Translations under genes and position numbers: made by a program
Virus record (IMG/VR): IMGVR_UViG_3300042504_001487
Location: 1 to 62,499 of that record
Length of the DNA stretch: 62,499 nt
DNA from: a virus
Lineage: Duplodnaviria > Caudoviricetes
Strand: one strand, 5' to 3'
In this document: positions 9,134-21,146 of the stretch, in pieces
Layout: the number at the start of each line of letters is the position of its first letter
How positions within the stretch are numbered: position 1 is the first letter of the stretch
Notes under the pieces: generated by a model
The model's database searches: none
The model's input: only the letters and a program-made list of their open reading frames with translations
Told to the model about the DNA's origin: nothing

Positions 9134-10000
9134 ATGCCTTCCGCCAACTCGCTCTCGCTCAACAACGTCGCCTTCTTGAGCCTGAACGCGCCAGTTTTTG
9201 TGGGTCCGCTTGATGCTCTGGTGGCTCAGGGGGCAACATTTTTATATGCTGCATCAAGCCAGCGGCTGTTAACCAGTTACACGGGTAACGCTTGCCGACT
9301 TCAAGGCAACGGAACTGGTAGCCCCGAAGCGGAGATTGGCTATCTGCCAAATGGCGACATTGACCTAGCGGCAGTGGCAGCAATTGCGGCACAGGATGGA
9401 GGCACTGAGGCATTCGGCGTAACTTGGTATGACCAGCTTGGAGTCAGAAATGCTACCCAAGTGTCTGCTGCTAATCGGATGCCATTTAGCACAGCGCTCA
9501 ATGCAAAAGGTGGGTGGGGCAATGGCGTCGCCATGCAGAAATGGTTTAACCTAAATTTAGGCGAAGTTCCGTTTCCGTTTTACGTTTCTGCCGTGGTTAA
9601 AACCGTAACTTCCGTTAGCAGTCGCCATATTCTTGGGACAAGCAACGGATTAACTAATAGGTTGATGCGAACCAGCAATGGGGCAATGCAACAAAATTTT
9701 GGCCTCACACTTGCTGGAACACCATTGGAAGTATCAGACGGTTTACATGTTCTTGGGTTTTTAGCAAATGGAGCAAGCTCAAAACATTTCAGAGACGGAA
9801 CGCTACTAACAACAGGCGATGCTGGAAACAGTCAAAACAGCATGCTTAGTGGGCGCATTGGTGCGGCATCAAGTGCCTCCACTTCATATTTGAACACCGC
9901 TGGAAACGCCATCATGGAAATGGTCATATTCTCAATGGACCCAACAAGTCTTGCTGGATGGAACGATTTCCAAGCTAACCAATTGGCACGCTATTCATAA
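9134..10000 (+). CDS. Putative lectin-like (ConA/LamG-type) fibre protein
   Basis: RLLTSYTGNACRL...VTWYDQ motif; AT-richer 3' part. Confidence 0.55.
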   Translation: MPSANSLSLNNVAFLSLNAPVFVGPLDALVAQGATFLYAASSQRLLTSYTGNACRLQGNGTGSPEAEIGYLPNGDIDLAAVAAIAAQDGGTEAFGVTWYDQLGVRNATQVSAANRMPFSTALNAKGGWGNGVAMQKWFNLNLGEVPFPFYVSAVVKTVTSVSSRHILGTSNGLTNRLMRTSNGAMQQNFGLTLAGTPLEVSDGLHVLGFLANGASSKHFRDGTLLTTGDAGNSQNSMLSGRIGAASSASTSYLNTAGNAIMEMVIFSMDPTSLAGWNDFQANQLARYS

Positions 10001-10392
10001 TGATTATTTACGTTCCATCTTCTGCCGCCGAAGTGTTGAGCCGAGAGCTTTGGGCGCTGTCGCGTCCTACCACAGTTAGTCAGCCGGGAGACACCGAGTT
10101 CATGTTTGGCTGGACCGATGACATCGTTGGCCAACGGTGGATTGAGGTGCATGACGACTTCTCCATTGTCATCCATCCAGACGCGGAGCTTGGCGGCATT
10201 GCCGACATTATCCAACCGTGGATCGACGCAGGTCAATTGCCATCCGACACGAACGCGCAACTGGCTGCGCTTCTTGATTCTAAGCGTGGTCAACGTCTGG
10301 TCGTTTATGACGCTTTCCCGCAGCTTTTCAAGGACATGAGCAAGACCTACGAGCAAATGGTTGCCGCTGGGTTATTAACTGAATCCGAATAA
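10000..10392 (+). CDS. Hypothetical protein, possibly a fibre chaperone
   Basis: TAATG-coupled to the previous gene. Confidence 0.6.
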   Translation: MIIYVPSSAAEVLSRELWALSRPTTVSQPGDTEFMFGWTDDIVGQRWIEVHDDFSIVIHPDAELGGIADIIQPWIDAGQLPSDTNAQLAALLDSKRGQRLVVYDAFPQLFKDMSKTYEQMVAAGLLTESE

Positions 10393-10398
10393 CCCACT

Positions 10399-11502
10399 AT
10401 GCCCTCCGCCTCGTCACTCTCACTCAACAACGTCGCCTTCTTGGGGGCGGCAGGGAATGCTGGCGGTTATGTGAGAACTGCTTTTTTGCTGGAAGGTTAC
10501 GGCGGCAGTTCTGCGCTTAACGATCCTGACAGCCCATACGGGGTTTTTGATTTCGCAATCGGGGCTTTAGCTTCAGCTTACCCAAATGAAGATGTTACGA
10601 TCATTCTGCAAGCGAATTATGGCACGATCTATCCCTCACTAACACTGACGACAGTTCTAACTGATGGGGGTAGTTTAACTGTTAAATCTGATGATTCAGG
10701 CTCTCGGACCATCACAACATTTGATATTGGTAACGTCGAAAACGTCGATCTTCGTCTCGACGACGTTGCGATTACAACGCTAAGTTGGAACAACAATAAC
10801 ACCACAACTTCTCGAAACGCCGGGATTATTACTGGCACTTCTGCACTTATCGGCACCCTCAACATTAACGGCGAGGGCCCATCCGGCACGGGGGCATCTG
10901 GAAGCAACGGCGGATCTTTTACCGGTTCTTCAGGTTTTAATGGTTCCGATGGAAGTCCTCCTTCTGCGGGCGGGACAGGTGAAGAAGCCGTTGCTAATGG
11001 TGGAAACGGTAACTCGGCCCTGGGTAACTCGGCTTGGAGCATCACATTACTGGGCAGTGGAACCGTCACTCAGTTAAACGGCTACGGCATTGCTGCAACT
11101 GGCGGCGACGGTGGGACAGGTGGCATTGCTAATGGAGGCAACGGCGGGGGAGGCGGAAATTCAACATCTACTGAGTATCCAGAGAATGGCGCTGACGGTG
11201 GACGCGGAGGTGACGCCAGTGCTAATGGCGGAGATGGCGGAACCGGCACCGGAGGAAACGGAGCGCAAATCTTTAAAACAACAGGTTGGGTCATCGCAGC
11301 TTCAAACATTGCTGGTGGTGAAGGGACCGGAGGTAGCGGTGGGACAGGTGGCATTGCTAATGGAGGCTCGGGAGGCTCGGGAGGCTGGGGAGCAATGGGC
11401 GGTTCCTCAGGAAACTACGGAAGCAACGGTTCTCAAAGCACTTACTCGGGAGGTGCGGGCGCTTCAATTAGTGGAACAGCAGGAACAATCACTACAATCT
11501 GA
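10399..11502 (+). CDS. Gly-rich putative fibre or adhesin protein
   Basis: GGxG repeats; shares N-terminus MPSAxSLSLNNVAFL with the 9134 gene. Confidence 0.65.
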   Translation: MPSASSLSLNNVAFLGAAGNAGGYVRTAFLLEGYGGSSALNDPDSPYGVFDFAIGALASAYPNEDVTIILQANYGTIYPSLTLTTVLTDGGSLTVKSDDSGSRTITTFDIGNVENVDLRLDDVAITTLSWNNNNTTTSRNAGIITGTSALIGTLNINGEGPSGTGASGSNGGSFTGSSGFNGSDGSPPSAGGTGEEAVANGGNGNSALGNSAWSITLLGSGTVTQLNGYGIAATGGDGGTGGIANGGNGGGGGNSTSTEYPENGADGGRGGDASANGGDGGTGTGGNGAQIFKTTGWVIAASNIAGGEGTGGSGGTGGIANGGSGGSGGWGAMGGSSGNYGSNGSQSTYSGGAGASISGTAGTITTI

Positions 11503-11511
11503 TCAGTAACT

Positions 11512-11823
11512 ATGAGCCACGACGAATCCCTCGCCATTGACGAACTTCGCAAAACCATCCGCTGGCTGGTTGGCGGTGTCATCGGCCTTTTAGCTGGAGC
11601 CGCCACGGTAGGCGGATGGGTAGCAACTCAAGAAAGCCGGATCTCCAGTCTTGCTGATGCTGATCGAATCTCCAGCACAGATCGTTCTGAAATGCGCGGA
11701 GAACTGAGGGCGCATTCATCCATCATCAATGCGATCCAAAAGGACTCCGCCGTTCAGAGTCGCGATCTGCAATACATCCGTGAAGCAGTCACGGAAATTA
11801 AGGAGTCCATGAAAAAGCCCTGA
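11512..11823 (+). CDS. Membrane protein with coiled coil (holin/lysis-associated candidate)
   Basis: One TM segment; near endolysin. Confidence 0.5.
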   Translation: MSHDESLAIDELRKTIRWLVGGVIGLLAGAATVGGWVATQESRISSLADADRISSTDRSEMRGELRAHSSIINAIQKDSAVQSRDLQYIREAVTEIKESMKKP

Positions 11824-11826
11824 CTT

Positions 11827-12279
11827 ATGTGGCCTTTCACCTCCAAACCAAAGCCACCCCTTCGCCGTCTAAACGGAGCCACGATACACGCGATGGTGAC
11901 ACGCGCACTGGAAGGCAAGACGCTGTCGAATTTTCGCTTTCTCATGCAGAAAGGCGTAATGACTTGCCCGTCTAAACCGATGCTGCGCAAGGCCGCAGAT
12001 CAAGCCCACAGACCTTGGCAAAGCAACCTGTGGGAGTGCGAGGATCAAGCCCGTGCAATGGTTCATCAAGCACAGCTTGCTGCCGCCAAGGAAGGATGCT
12101 CTTGGGCTGTGGGCACACTGCGTGCCGCCGCTCCCGAAGGATCGAGCCACGACCTCCATGTGTTCGTCTGGGCCATCATTGACACGCATGAAGGGTTGCA
12201 ATTCACCTTGTTCGACCCCACTGTCGATGACTGGGCCGACGTGCCTGACCTCTCCGGCGTGGACTACGCACTGACATGA
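11827..12279 (+). CDS. Putative papain/transglutaminase-like Cys peptidase
   Basis: ECEDQA...H...FDP resembles the DCDDFA/H/FEP catalytic motifs. Confidence 0.5.
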   Translation: MWPFTSKPKPPLRRLNGATIHAMVTRALEGKTLSNFRFLMQKGVMTCPSKPMLRKAADQAHRPWQSNLWECEDQARAMVHQAQLAAAKEGCSWAVGTLRAAAPEGSSHDLHVFVWAIIDTHEGLQFTLFDPTVDDWADVPDLSGVDYALT

Positions 12280-12794
12280 AAAACTTGCCATACATGCCGT
12301 TGATCCGTCCAGTTCGAGATTCGAGCTTTGGATTTGGCTTCTTGCCGCGCATCGGGCCGCTGAAGACCTGGATTCAGGGACCGCTGTTTGAACTGTGTGA
12401 GCCGCACGACTTCACGGTTTGCAACACGGGCTTTGAGAAGCAATACCACATCCCAACGGGATACCAGTTTGACAAGGCCAGCGTGCCCCCTTTGGCGTGG
12501 TCGTTCGGTTTCACACCGGATGGCATTTGCACGGTGCCAGCCTTGGAGCACGATTTCCTATGCGATCTCCATCACGGCGGTTCCGCATGGCTCCGCGAGC
12601 ACTTGGGCGAGATCCCGCCTGCTCCGCCGCCTGCGGCTATCCACAAGCACTTCTACCTCGCCCTGCAAGCCTGGGGTATGCGCGAGAGCAAAGCCAAGGT
12701 CATGTTCAAAGGGGTCGATTGGTTCGGTCCTGGCGGCAAAGCGTGGCCCTCAAGCTGGTTCAAACGTGCCGCCAAAAACCCTCAACGCATCTAG
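12276..12794 (+). CDS. DUF1353-like protein
   Basis: IPTGYQFDKASVP...PALEHDFLC motif. Confidence 0.75.
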   Translation: MKNLPYMPLIRPVRDSSFGFGFLPRIGPLKTWIQGPLFELCEPHDFTVCNTGFEKQYHIPTGYQFDKASVPPLAWSFGFTPDGICTVPALEHDFLCDLHHGGSAWLREHLGEIPPAPPPAAIHKHFYLALQAWGMRESKAKVMFKGVDWFGPGGKAWPSSWFKRAAKNPQRI

Positions 12795-12888
12795 CCGTGG
12801 TCGCAGCCCTTTCCATTCCTGAATTTGCCGGGCTGTTCGTCACCGCAGTCTCCCTGCTCATCTTTTCAACCATCGCCCTTTTCCGACC

Positions 12889-13440
12889 ATGACATACCCA
12901 CCAAAATATTCGTGGCTCTCCAAAATCGGAGCTTTGCCAAAAACGATTGCAGAATCCCTCCCTCTGATCGGCGTTCAAGAGATCGTCGGCAAAGGCAGCA
13001 ACAAAACCATTCTCGCGTGGCGCGACGAGTTGAACCTCGCTGGCGTGAAGATCACGGGTTACGGCGACGACGACATCCCTTGGTGCGGACTTTTCGCCGC
13101 CATCATCGCTTACCGACGCATGAATGCCGCCGCCGAGGTGGTCAAAGACCCGCTCTGGGCACGAAACTGGGCCAAGTATGGCACCAAGTCAGCCGCAGCG
13201 GGTCTTGGGGATGTGCTTGTCTTCGTCCGCAATGGCGGCGGTCACGTCGGCTTCTACGTCGCCGAGGACAGCACCGCGTATCACGTCATCGGGGGCAACC
13301 AAGGCAACAAGGTCAGCGTCACCCGAATTGCCAAGGATCGCTGCATTGCAGTCCGCCGCCCCCTCTACAGCACCGTGCCCTCCAGCGTGAAGCCCTACCA
13401 CGTCAAAGCTGCTGGCGACCTGTCCGCCAACGAAGCCTAG
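12889..13440 (+). CDS. Endolysin, TIGR02594/NlpC-P60-CHAP-like
   Basis: IPWCGLF, GGGHVGFY and GGNQGN motifs. Confidence 0.85.
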   Translation: MTYPPKYSWLSKIGALPKTIAESLPLIGVQEIVGKGSNKTILAWRDELNLAGVKITGYGDDDIPWCGLFAAIIAYRRMNAAAEVVKDPLWARNWAKYGTKSAAAGLGDVLVFVRNGGGHVGFYVAEDSTAYHVIGGNQGNKVSVTRIAKDRCIAVRRPLYSTVPSSVKPYHVKAAGDLSANEA

Positions 13441-13453
13441 CATCACATTGGTC

Positions 13454-13482
13454 TTGTCCGCTCCCCGTATTTGATATACAAT
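13454..13482 (+). promoter_or_regulatory. Sigma70-type promoter
   Basis: TTGTCC-N17-TACAAT, 10 nt before ATG 13493. Confidence 0.6.
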
Positions 13483-13492
13483 CTGATCTATT

Positions 13493-13914
13493 ATGCCTGA
13501 CATCTATCTCATCCGCAAAAGTCTCCAGTGGGTCAAGTTCTCCAACGCCACCGCAGTAGCGTTGACGACTGCGGCAGACGAACTGAAAATCTGGTCCGGC
13601 GAGTTCAGGGACATTTTCAACGCGACTGGGATTAACTATCAAGACTCAGACTCTCCCAGCATAGCAACCATACTCGTTCCTACGATGACTGCGGCTTTGA
13701 TGGACAGCATTAGTGTATCCGCCACTGCCTATGGGCCGAGCGTGACCGGACCGCTCACGCCGACTGTCAGTGACGAGGTGAAACACGCCGCGTTGCGTCA
13801 AACGCTTTTGTCACGAACCCATTGGAAGATTAGCGTAAGCACCGGCCCCTCTCCTCTGTATGCAACGTGGGCGGACGGGGACATCTTTTCCAACAACCCG
13901 CCTGAGACGAACTA

Positions 13915-13915
<1 letters not shown>
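13493..13915 (+). CDS. Hypothetical structural protein
   Basis: ORF in virion module. Confidence 0.6.
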
Positions 13916-15845
<1,930 letters not shown>

Positions 15846-15887
15846 ACAAATGGATTGCAGTGTTCGGTTTTGGAGCGAGCAAAGCGC

Positions 15888-16343
15888 ATGAACACCGTCA
15901 TCAATTTTATCGACCCCAGTGCCACGATTGGGTCACATTCCAAGGTGTGGCACTTCGCGTGCATCATGGCACAGGTGCAAATCGGCGAACATTGCTCTAT
16001 CGGCTCACGCGCTGAGATCGGACTTGGCACTACCATAGGCGATCACAGCCGAATCAGTGCTGGAGTGTTTCTCCCCGCGCACACGAAAATAGGGCGTGGC
16101 GTGTTTATCGGACCCAACACTGTTTTCACCGATGACCGGTACCCACGAGCCGGAACGGAGTACGATGCGCAGCCGCCGACGATTGAAGACGGGGCAAGCG
16201 TCGGAGCCGGGTGTGTCATCCTTCCCGGAGTTCACATTGGCGCTGGCGCAATGGTCGGAGCCGGAAGCGTTGTCGCCAAAAATGTTTCTCCCGGCGCAAT
16301 CGTGCGAGGAGAAGCTGCACGCTGCACCAATCACACCACATGA
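15888..16343 (+). CDS. Hexapeptide-repeat (left-handed beta helix) sugar acetyltransferase
   Basis: VWHFA...IGEHCSIG...FIGPNTVFTDD...IGAGAMVGAGSVV; WbpD/FdtC-like. Confidence 0.85.
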   Translation: MNTVINFIDPSATIGSHSKVWHFACIMAQVQIGEHCSIGSRAEIGLGTTIGDHSRISAGVFLPAHTKIGRGVFIGPNTVFTDDRYPRAGTEYDAQPPTIEDGASVGAGCVILPGVHIGAGAMVGAGSVVAKNVSPGAIVRGEAARCTNHTT

Positions 16344-17218
16344 AAATTTCCGCATGTCTCATCGTCAAGAATGAATCCGCGTGCATTTCCCGCTGCATCG
16401 CCAGTGTGGCGGATGCCGACGAAATTGTCATCCTCGACACCGGGAGCGCCGACGACACTGAGGCAGTTGTTGCCGCACTCAATCTACCCAACGTACGTTT
16501 CATCAAAGATGCCTACCAGTGGCAAGACGATTTCGCTGACGCCCGAAATGCGGCGTTGGATTACTGCATGGGCGACTGGAGGCTGATCATTGACGCTGAT
16601 GAAACCCTCGCCGCTGGCAGTATGGGCCTGTTGCGTAAAGCAATCTCCACCGCCAAAGGCAGGACGTTGTATTTCAAGACCCGTAGCGAATCAACCGCAG
16701 GGGTTCACCGATCCATCCGCGCCTTTCGCCGTGGCGTCAAGTATGTTGGTGTCGCGCACGAGACGCCTGACACCAACGATGGTGAGGAGTGCGAGGCTGA
16801 GATCGTGTACGGATACTCGCCTGCTCACGGTCTTGACCCTGATCGCATGTTGCGCATTCTCACCAAAGAGCACGCTCAGAATCCCGACAACGCACGCACG
16901 CTCTACTATTTGGCGCGTGAGTTCTACTACCGAAAGATGTGGCCTCAGGCCATTGAGTTTTTCGAGGAATGTGTAAAGCGCAGTTCTCACCTTGCCGAAC
17001 GGGCAGACGCCTACCTTTACCTCGCCCGCATCTACTGGCAGACCCAGCGCGGTGACGAAGCTCGCACCGCATGTATGAACGCCATCACCATCAACGCCAA
17101 TTTCCGTGAAGCCTTGCTCTTCATGGCGACGTTGAGCTTTGAGCACAATGCGGTGAGGTGGCGCGAGTTTGCTGAGCATGCCACCAACGAGCGGGTGCTG
17201 TTTGTAAGAACTTGCTGA
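16340..17218 (+). CDS. Glycosyltransferase family 2 with TPR
   Basis: ISACLIVKNE...DTGS...DFADARN...IDADE; C-terminal TPR (LYYLARE). Confidence 0.9.
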   Translation: MKISACLIVKNESACISRCIASVADADEIVILDTGSADDTEAVVAALNLPNVRFIKDAYQWQDDFADARNAALDYCMGDWRLIIDADETLAAGSMGLLRKAISTAKGRTLYFKTRSESTAGVHRSIRAFRRGVKYVGVAHETPDTNDGEECEAEIVYGYSPAHGLDPDRMLRILTKEHAQNPDNARTLYYLAREFYYRKMWPQAIEFFEECVKRSSHLAERADAYLYLARIYWQTQRGDEARTACMNAITINANFREALLFMATLSFEHNAVRWREFAEHATNERVLFVRTC

Positions 17219-17293
17219 GACAGTCGTTGCTGTCCTCAACTCTCAAATTCAAGTGGACTCTGACACAGAAATCCACTATTCTGACGTACTCTT

Positions 17294-17371
17294 ATGGCTG
17301 CTAAACCTACATACGAAAAATTCCATTCGCAAGGTTATAGGGATTGGACCCCCAATCTCAACAATCTATGA
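17294..17371 (+). CDS. 25-aa truncated paralogue of the 18173 N-terminus
   Basis: MAAKPTYEKFHSQG vs MSDKKPTYGKLPSQG; its stop overlaps the oxygenase ATG. Confidence 0.5.
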   Translation: MAAKPTYEKFHSQGYRDWTPNLNNL

Positions 17372-17934
17372 AATTCTGGTGGCAATCATTCAATAAGGCG
17401 TTCACTCCCGAAGAGTGCCAGTGGCTCGTCAAGTATGGGCTGACCCACCAACCCGTCACCGCGACTGTGGGGCACGGAGGCAAGAGCGTCGTCGATGACC
17501 ATCTTCGTCGGTCGAAAGTGAGATGGCTCTCCCGCACTGACCCCAACTTGGCGACGTTCTACGACCGCATTGAGTGTATGGCCCTCAAGTCCAACGCCAA
17601 CGCTTTCGGTTTTGACATCGCCGGGTTCCACGAGGTCCAGTTCACCGAATACAACGCTGATGACAGCGGCACCTACGGATGGCACGAAGACAACAACTGG
17701 ACGAAAGCCACACCGTTTGATCGCAAGATGAGCATGGTGATCCAGCTTTCTGACAAAGAAGCGTACACCGGAGGCAAGCTCGAACTCGTCCACGATCCGC
17801 TGCCTGCTGGCACGTTTGAAAATCAAGGCGACGTGATCTTTTTCCCGGCGTTCAACCGTCACCGAGTAACTCCTGTGCAACTGGGAGTGCGACACTCCCT
17901 TGTCACTTGGTTCGTCGGTCCCAAATTCAGATAG
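17368..17934 (+). CDS. 2OG-Fe(II) oxygenase (prolyl-4-hydroxylase/PKHD-like)
   Basis: WHED...HRVTPV...RHSLVTW (HxD, H and R motifs). Confidence 0.9.
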   Translation: MKFWWQSFNKAFTPEECQWLVKYGLTHQPVTATVGHGGKSVVDDHLRRSKVRWLSRTDPNLATFYDRIECMALKSNANAFGFDIAGFHEVQFTEYNADDSGTYGWHEDNNWTKATPFDRKMSMVIQLSDKEAYTGGKLELVHDPLPAGTFENQGDVIFFPAFNRHRVTPVQLGVRHSLVTWFVGPKFR

Positions 17935-17971
17935 ACTCCAACACACAAATCCACTATTCTGACGCACTATT

Positions 17972-18163
17972 ATGAACACATACGGAAAATCTCCTTCGCA
18001 GTATTTCATGGGCAAAAGCCCCAAATACAAGGCGGCTAAGAATAAGATAGAAGGCAAGAGCGGTGGAAAGGGGAAAGGAAAACCAAACATCCAGCCAAGC
18101 AACCTGGGTACGTTTCGCACCCCAAATTCAAATAGACTTCAACACATAAATCCACTATTCTGA
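17972..18163 (+). CDS. Small basic paralogue of the 18173 N-terminus
   Basis: TYGKSPSQYFMGKSPKYKAAKNKIEG vs TYGKLPSQGFMNRNPRYRVAEHKLEG. Confidence 0.55.
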   Translation: MNTYGKSPSQYFMGKSPKYKAAKNKIEGKSGGKGKGKPNIQPSNLGTFRTPNSNRLQHINPLF

Positions 18164-18172
18164 CGCACTCTT

Positions 18173-19231
18173 ATGTCCGACAAAAAACCTACATACGGAA
18201 AACTCCCTTCGCAAGGGTTCATGAACCGGAACCCCAGATACAGGGTGGCCGAGCACAAGCTGGAGGGTCCGCGTGAGAAAAAGCCCGAGCCGGGCAGTTC
18301 TTTGGACGTGCATAAGCTCTTGAATGCGGGGTACTCTCGGGACGAAGCAGAATATGCGGCGTCCGACGCACGCGAACGAGGCATGCGCACTGCTTTCGGC
18401 AAAACAGACCTTGAACCCAACCGCAACCTTTCCCCTCGGGAACGTCGCCGAATGGGGTTGGACGGAAACTCTGGTGGAACCCGCACGCCCACCGGCCCGA
18501 CAGACGATCAGCGCAAATGGGCGAGAAATTTCCGAGAAAGCCAGAGGCCGATTACCACATCCACGAAACCTACATTGCCGCCCACGGGCATATCCGCCGT
18601 GGACATGCTAACACCTCAAGTCTCCACTGCCACTCGCGGTCCTGCACCTGCGATGAACTTCTCCCGTTCAGCCTTGGTTGAGGGTGCCAAAAGGTCTGGC
18701 GATTTTGACAGAGTGCGTGGGGATTACAACAGGCAGTCCGCAGCAGCCCAAACCGGCATGCGGATGAACGACCGTGGCAGCATAGCCCCTCTTGATAGAA
18801 CGACCGCCGGGGCTGACGGGATGACCCCCTACGCTCGCGAGAAGTTCGGACCTGCGGTTGAGGACAACCGCGCTCGCCGCGACTTCGCCACTGGCAAATC
18901 GACGACCACTTCGGGCACGACTGGACTGTCTTCGGGCATAAACAGCAACCCGAACGCCGACGAAATGACTCCTGGCACGGGTGGAGTGCGCCCCACTCAA
19001 GCAGCCGACTTCCGTCGCGAAATCACCAGCAACTATGGCAGGGGTTCAAACGTCACTCGCACCGACGGTCAAGCTGGAGGCAAGATGTCTGACCCACTCA
19101 CCGGGAGACAGGTGCCGATACGTCAATGGGGGAGGGATCAGACTGCTGTACAAGACACCAAACGGCCAAGCGGCACCGCGTCGTCGTCGGCAAGACCAGC
19201 GCAGCGCAGCGGAGGGGGAAGTCGTAAATGA
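18173..19231 (+). CDS. R/G/T-rich low-complexity protein, possibly internal virion protein
   Basis: 352-aa ORF with own promoter. Confidence 0.65.
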   Translation: MSDKKPTYGKLPSQGFMNRNPRYRVAEHKLEGPREKKPEPGSSLDVHKLLNAGYSRDEAEYAASDARERGMRTAFGKTDLEPNRNLSPRERRRMGLDGNSGGTRTPTGPTDDQRKWARNFRESQRPITTSTKPTLPPTGISAVDMLTPQVSTATRGPAPAMNFSRSALVEGAKRSGDFDRVRGDYNRQSAAAQTGMRMNDRGSIAPLDRTTAGADGMTPYAREKFGPAVEDNRARRDFATGKSTTTSGTTGLSSGINSNPNADEMTPGTGGVRPTQAADFRREITSNYGRGSNVTRTDGQAGGKMSDPLTGRQVPIRQWGRDQTAVQDTKRPSGTASSSARPAQRSGGGSRK

Positions 19232-20166
19232 ACACGCGCCTCACACTCGCTGACGTTCGCTCGATTTTGGCCCCGATGGTCAACTCGTCGAACCTGAACG
19301 ATCCTTTGTTTTTGCAAACGATCAACGAGGTACAAGAGCGATACATCAACAGCGGCAAATGGAAAGGCAGCATCGTCACTCTGAGGTACGAGTCTTCCAC
19401 GGGGTTTATCACGATGCCCTACAACTACGCTGCTGCGTTGGCGCTGACGTACGACCGCTATCCCTTCCCGATCTTTACGGAGTTCCATCAGTACGTTGAG
19501 GAAGGGCCGGGAAAAGTGAACGACACACTCCATTGGCCGGGCATTCTCATCGACCTCGGCGACGGCTTTTGCACGCAAGCAGACATCCCCGCCGCAGGAG
19601 TTGTCCGCATTTACTCCTCGGCGTCCGACAACGGCAAGGTGGTGCGAGTGTACGGGAATCTCAACGGCGTCACCGTCTATGACTCAAACGGCAACGAAGG
19701 AGAGGCAGTCACGCTTGCCGCGCCTTTCGTCGCCACCACCAACCAATTCACCGAGATCACCGGAATCACCAAGCCGCTTACCTCGGCACGGGTGTACGCC
19801 AAGAGTTGGGATGGTTCGACCGAAACTTTGGTGGGCACCTACCAACCAAACGAGACGAGGCCATGCTACCGCCGTTACCAGACCGGGGTAGCCGAGAAAG
19901 AGATCCGACTCATCTGCCATCGCCGGTTCATTCCGACTGTGGCCGAAACCGATTGGATCATCCCCGGCAACATCTCTGCGCTGCGTGCTGGCATCCAGGC
20001 ACGACTGTTTGAGGACGCCTCGGATATGGACGCCGCCGACGCTTCGTTTACGCGGGGACTCAATTTCCTCAACGATGAATCCAAGACCTTCCGAGGCGGT
20101 GGACGCGCCACCCTCAACAACAACCCTACCCCCTGGTCCGTTACCCAAGGGACGAACATGACCTGA
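19228..20166 (+). CDS. Putative tail tubular or adaptor protein
   Basis: Helical N- and C-termini around a beta core; position before ejection proteins. Confidence 0.5.
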   Translation: MNTRLTLADVRSILAPMVNSSNLNDPLFLQTINEVQERYINSGKWKGSIVTLRYESSTGFITMPYNYAAALALTYDRYPFPIFTEFHQYVEEGPGKVNDTLHWPGILIDLGDGFCTQADIPAAGVVRIYSSASDNGKVVRVYGNLNGVTVYDSNGNEGEAVTLAAPFVATTNQFTEITGITKPLTSARVYAKSWDGSTETLVGTYQPNETRPCYRRYQTGVAEKEIRLICHRRFIPTVAETDWIIPGNISALRAGIQARLFEDASDMDAADASFTRGLNFLNDESKTFRGGGRATLNNNPTPWSVTQGTNMT

Positions 20167-20167
20167 T

Positions 20168-21142
20168 ATGGCCGACCCCCTCTCACAACTTGGCATTTCC
20201 CGTCGCCCCGCCAGCGAGATGTTTGATGGGTCTTCGCGCCCTAAACGCTCGTTTGCCTTCGACATGCTCGGCACTCCGGACGTGTCCGCCCCAGGGTGGG
20301 GCATGGCTGCCCGCCGTGGCGTAGAAGAGCACCAAGCAGCCGTTGACGAAGACCTTGCCATTCAAGACGAGCGCATGGCTGCTGCTAGGCAGCGTAAAGC
20401 CGAAGCCGTGGCCGACGAGTATTCCAGCAAGCGGGGACGCACTGCTAGGCAGAGGTTCTTTGAAGAGCACGGCGACGACATGGCCGCTTCCAAACGGTAC
20501 GGGGACATCGCCGAATACCAGAAGTCGCAGCCAAGTTACGCCGACAGGACTCTCGCCAGGAACATCGCCAACCAGATCGACGACCCCGACGAGAGAAACG
20601 TGTTCCTCGGCGCGGTGTCCGAAGGATTCGGCACTCTGGCCGCTCGTGAAGAGGCGGATCGGTTCCGTCTCAAGCGAAGCGCCGACGCTGGACTCGCCAA
20701 ACTGGGGATTCACCCCACCGAACGGAAACGCATTCTTGAAGAGGAGGGCTACGACGACGCCGTGGTCAACTACTACGCCTCTCAAAAAGAGGGTGGAAAA
20801 GTGCCTCCCGAAGCCATCGCCTTGGACAAATACTACAAGCTGCTGGAAAGCCGGATCGCTTCCGCCCTTAGCGCCAACTACAATAGGATGGAAAAAGTCG
20901 ATCCAAAACTTGTTGCGGAAAGGGATCGAGTGGGGGAGATGCTTTCCGACATGTACAAGAAATCGTTTGAGCCGCCCGTCCCGCCAGCGTCGTCTCAGTT
21001 TGCCCCGCCAACGGCGGCAGGTGCAACTCCGGTTACAGGATCAAAAGCTCCGTTTGCCCCGCCAACTGCGGCAGGTGCAACCCCGGTTGCAGGACCAGAA
21101 ACGCCAGAACAGAAACTGAGAAAGAAATACAACATCGAATAA
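20168..21142 (+). CDS. Putative internal virion or ejection protein
   Basis: Charged helical ORF; duplicated FAPPTAAGATPV near the C-terminus. Confidence 0.6.
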   Translation: MADPLSQLGISRRPASEMFDGSSRPKRSFAFDMLGTPDVSAPGWGMAARRGVEEHQAAVDEDLAIQDERMAAARQRKAEAVADEYSSKRGRTARQRFFEEHGDDMAASKRYGDIAEYQKSQPSYADRTLARNIANQIDDPDERNVFLGAVSEGFGTLAAREEADRFRLKRSADAGLAKLGIHPTERKRILEEEGYDDAVVNYYASQKEGGKVPPEAIALDKYYKLLESRIASALSANYNRMEKVDPKLVAERDRVGEMLSDMYKKSFEPPVPPASSQFAPPTAAGATPVTGSKAPFAPPTAAGATPVAGPETPEQKLRKKYNIE

Positions 21143-21146
21143 TCCC

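Larger units (their letters stand above)
17244..18175 (+). repeat. Three ~53-bp direct repeats (17244-17296, 17922-17974, 18123-18175), each a promoter plus ATG
   Basis: CAAATTCA..T(A/G)GACT..ACACA.AAATCCACTATTCTGACG.ACT.TTATG three times. Confidence 0.9.

Noticed and set aside
17244-18175. Diversity-generating retroelement TR/VR pair
   Set aside because: No reverse transcriptase; differences are not confined to adenines
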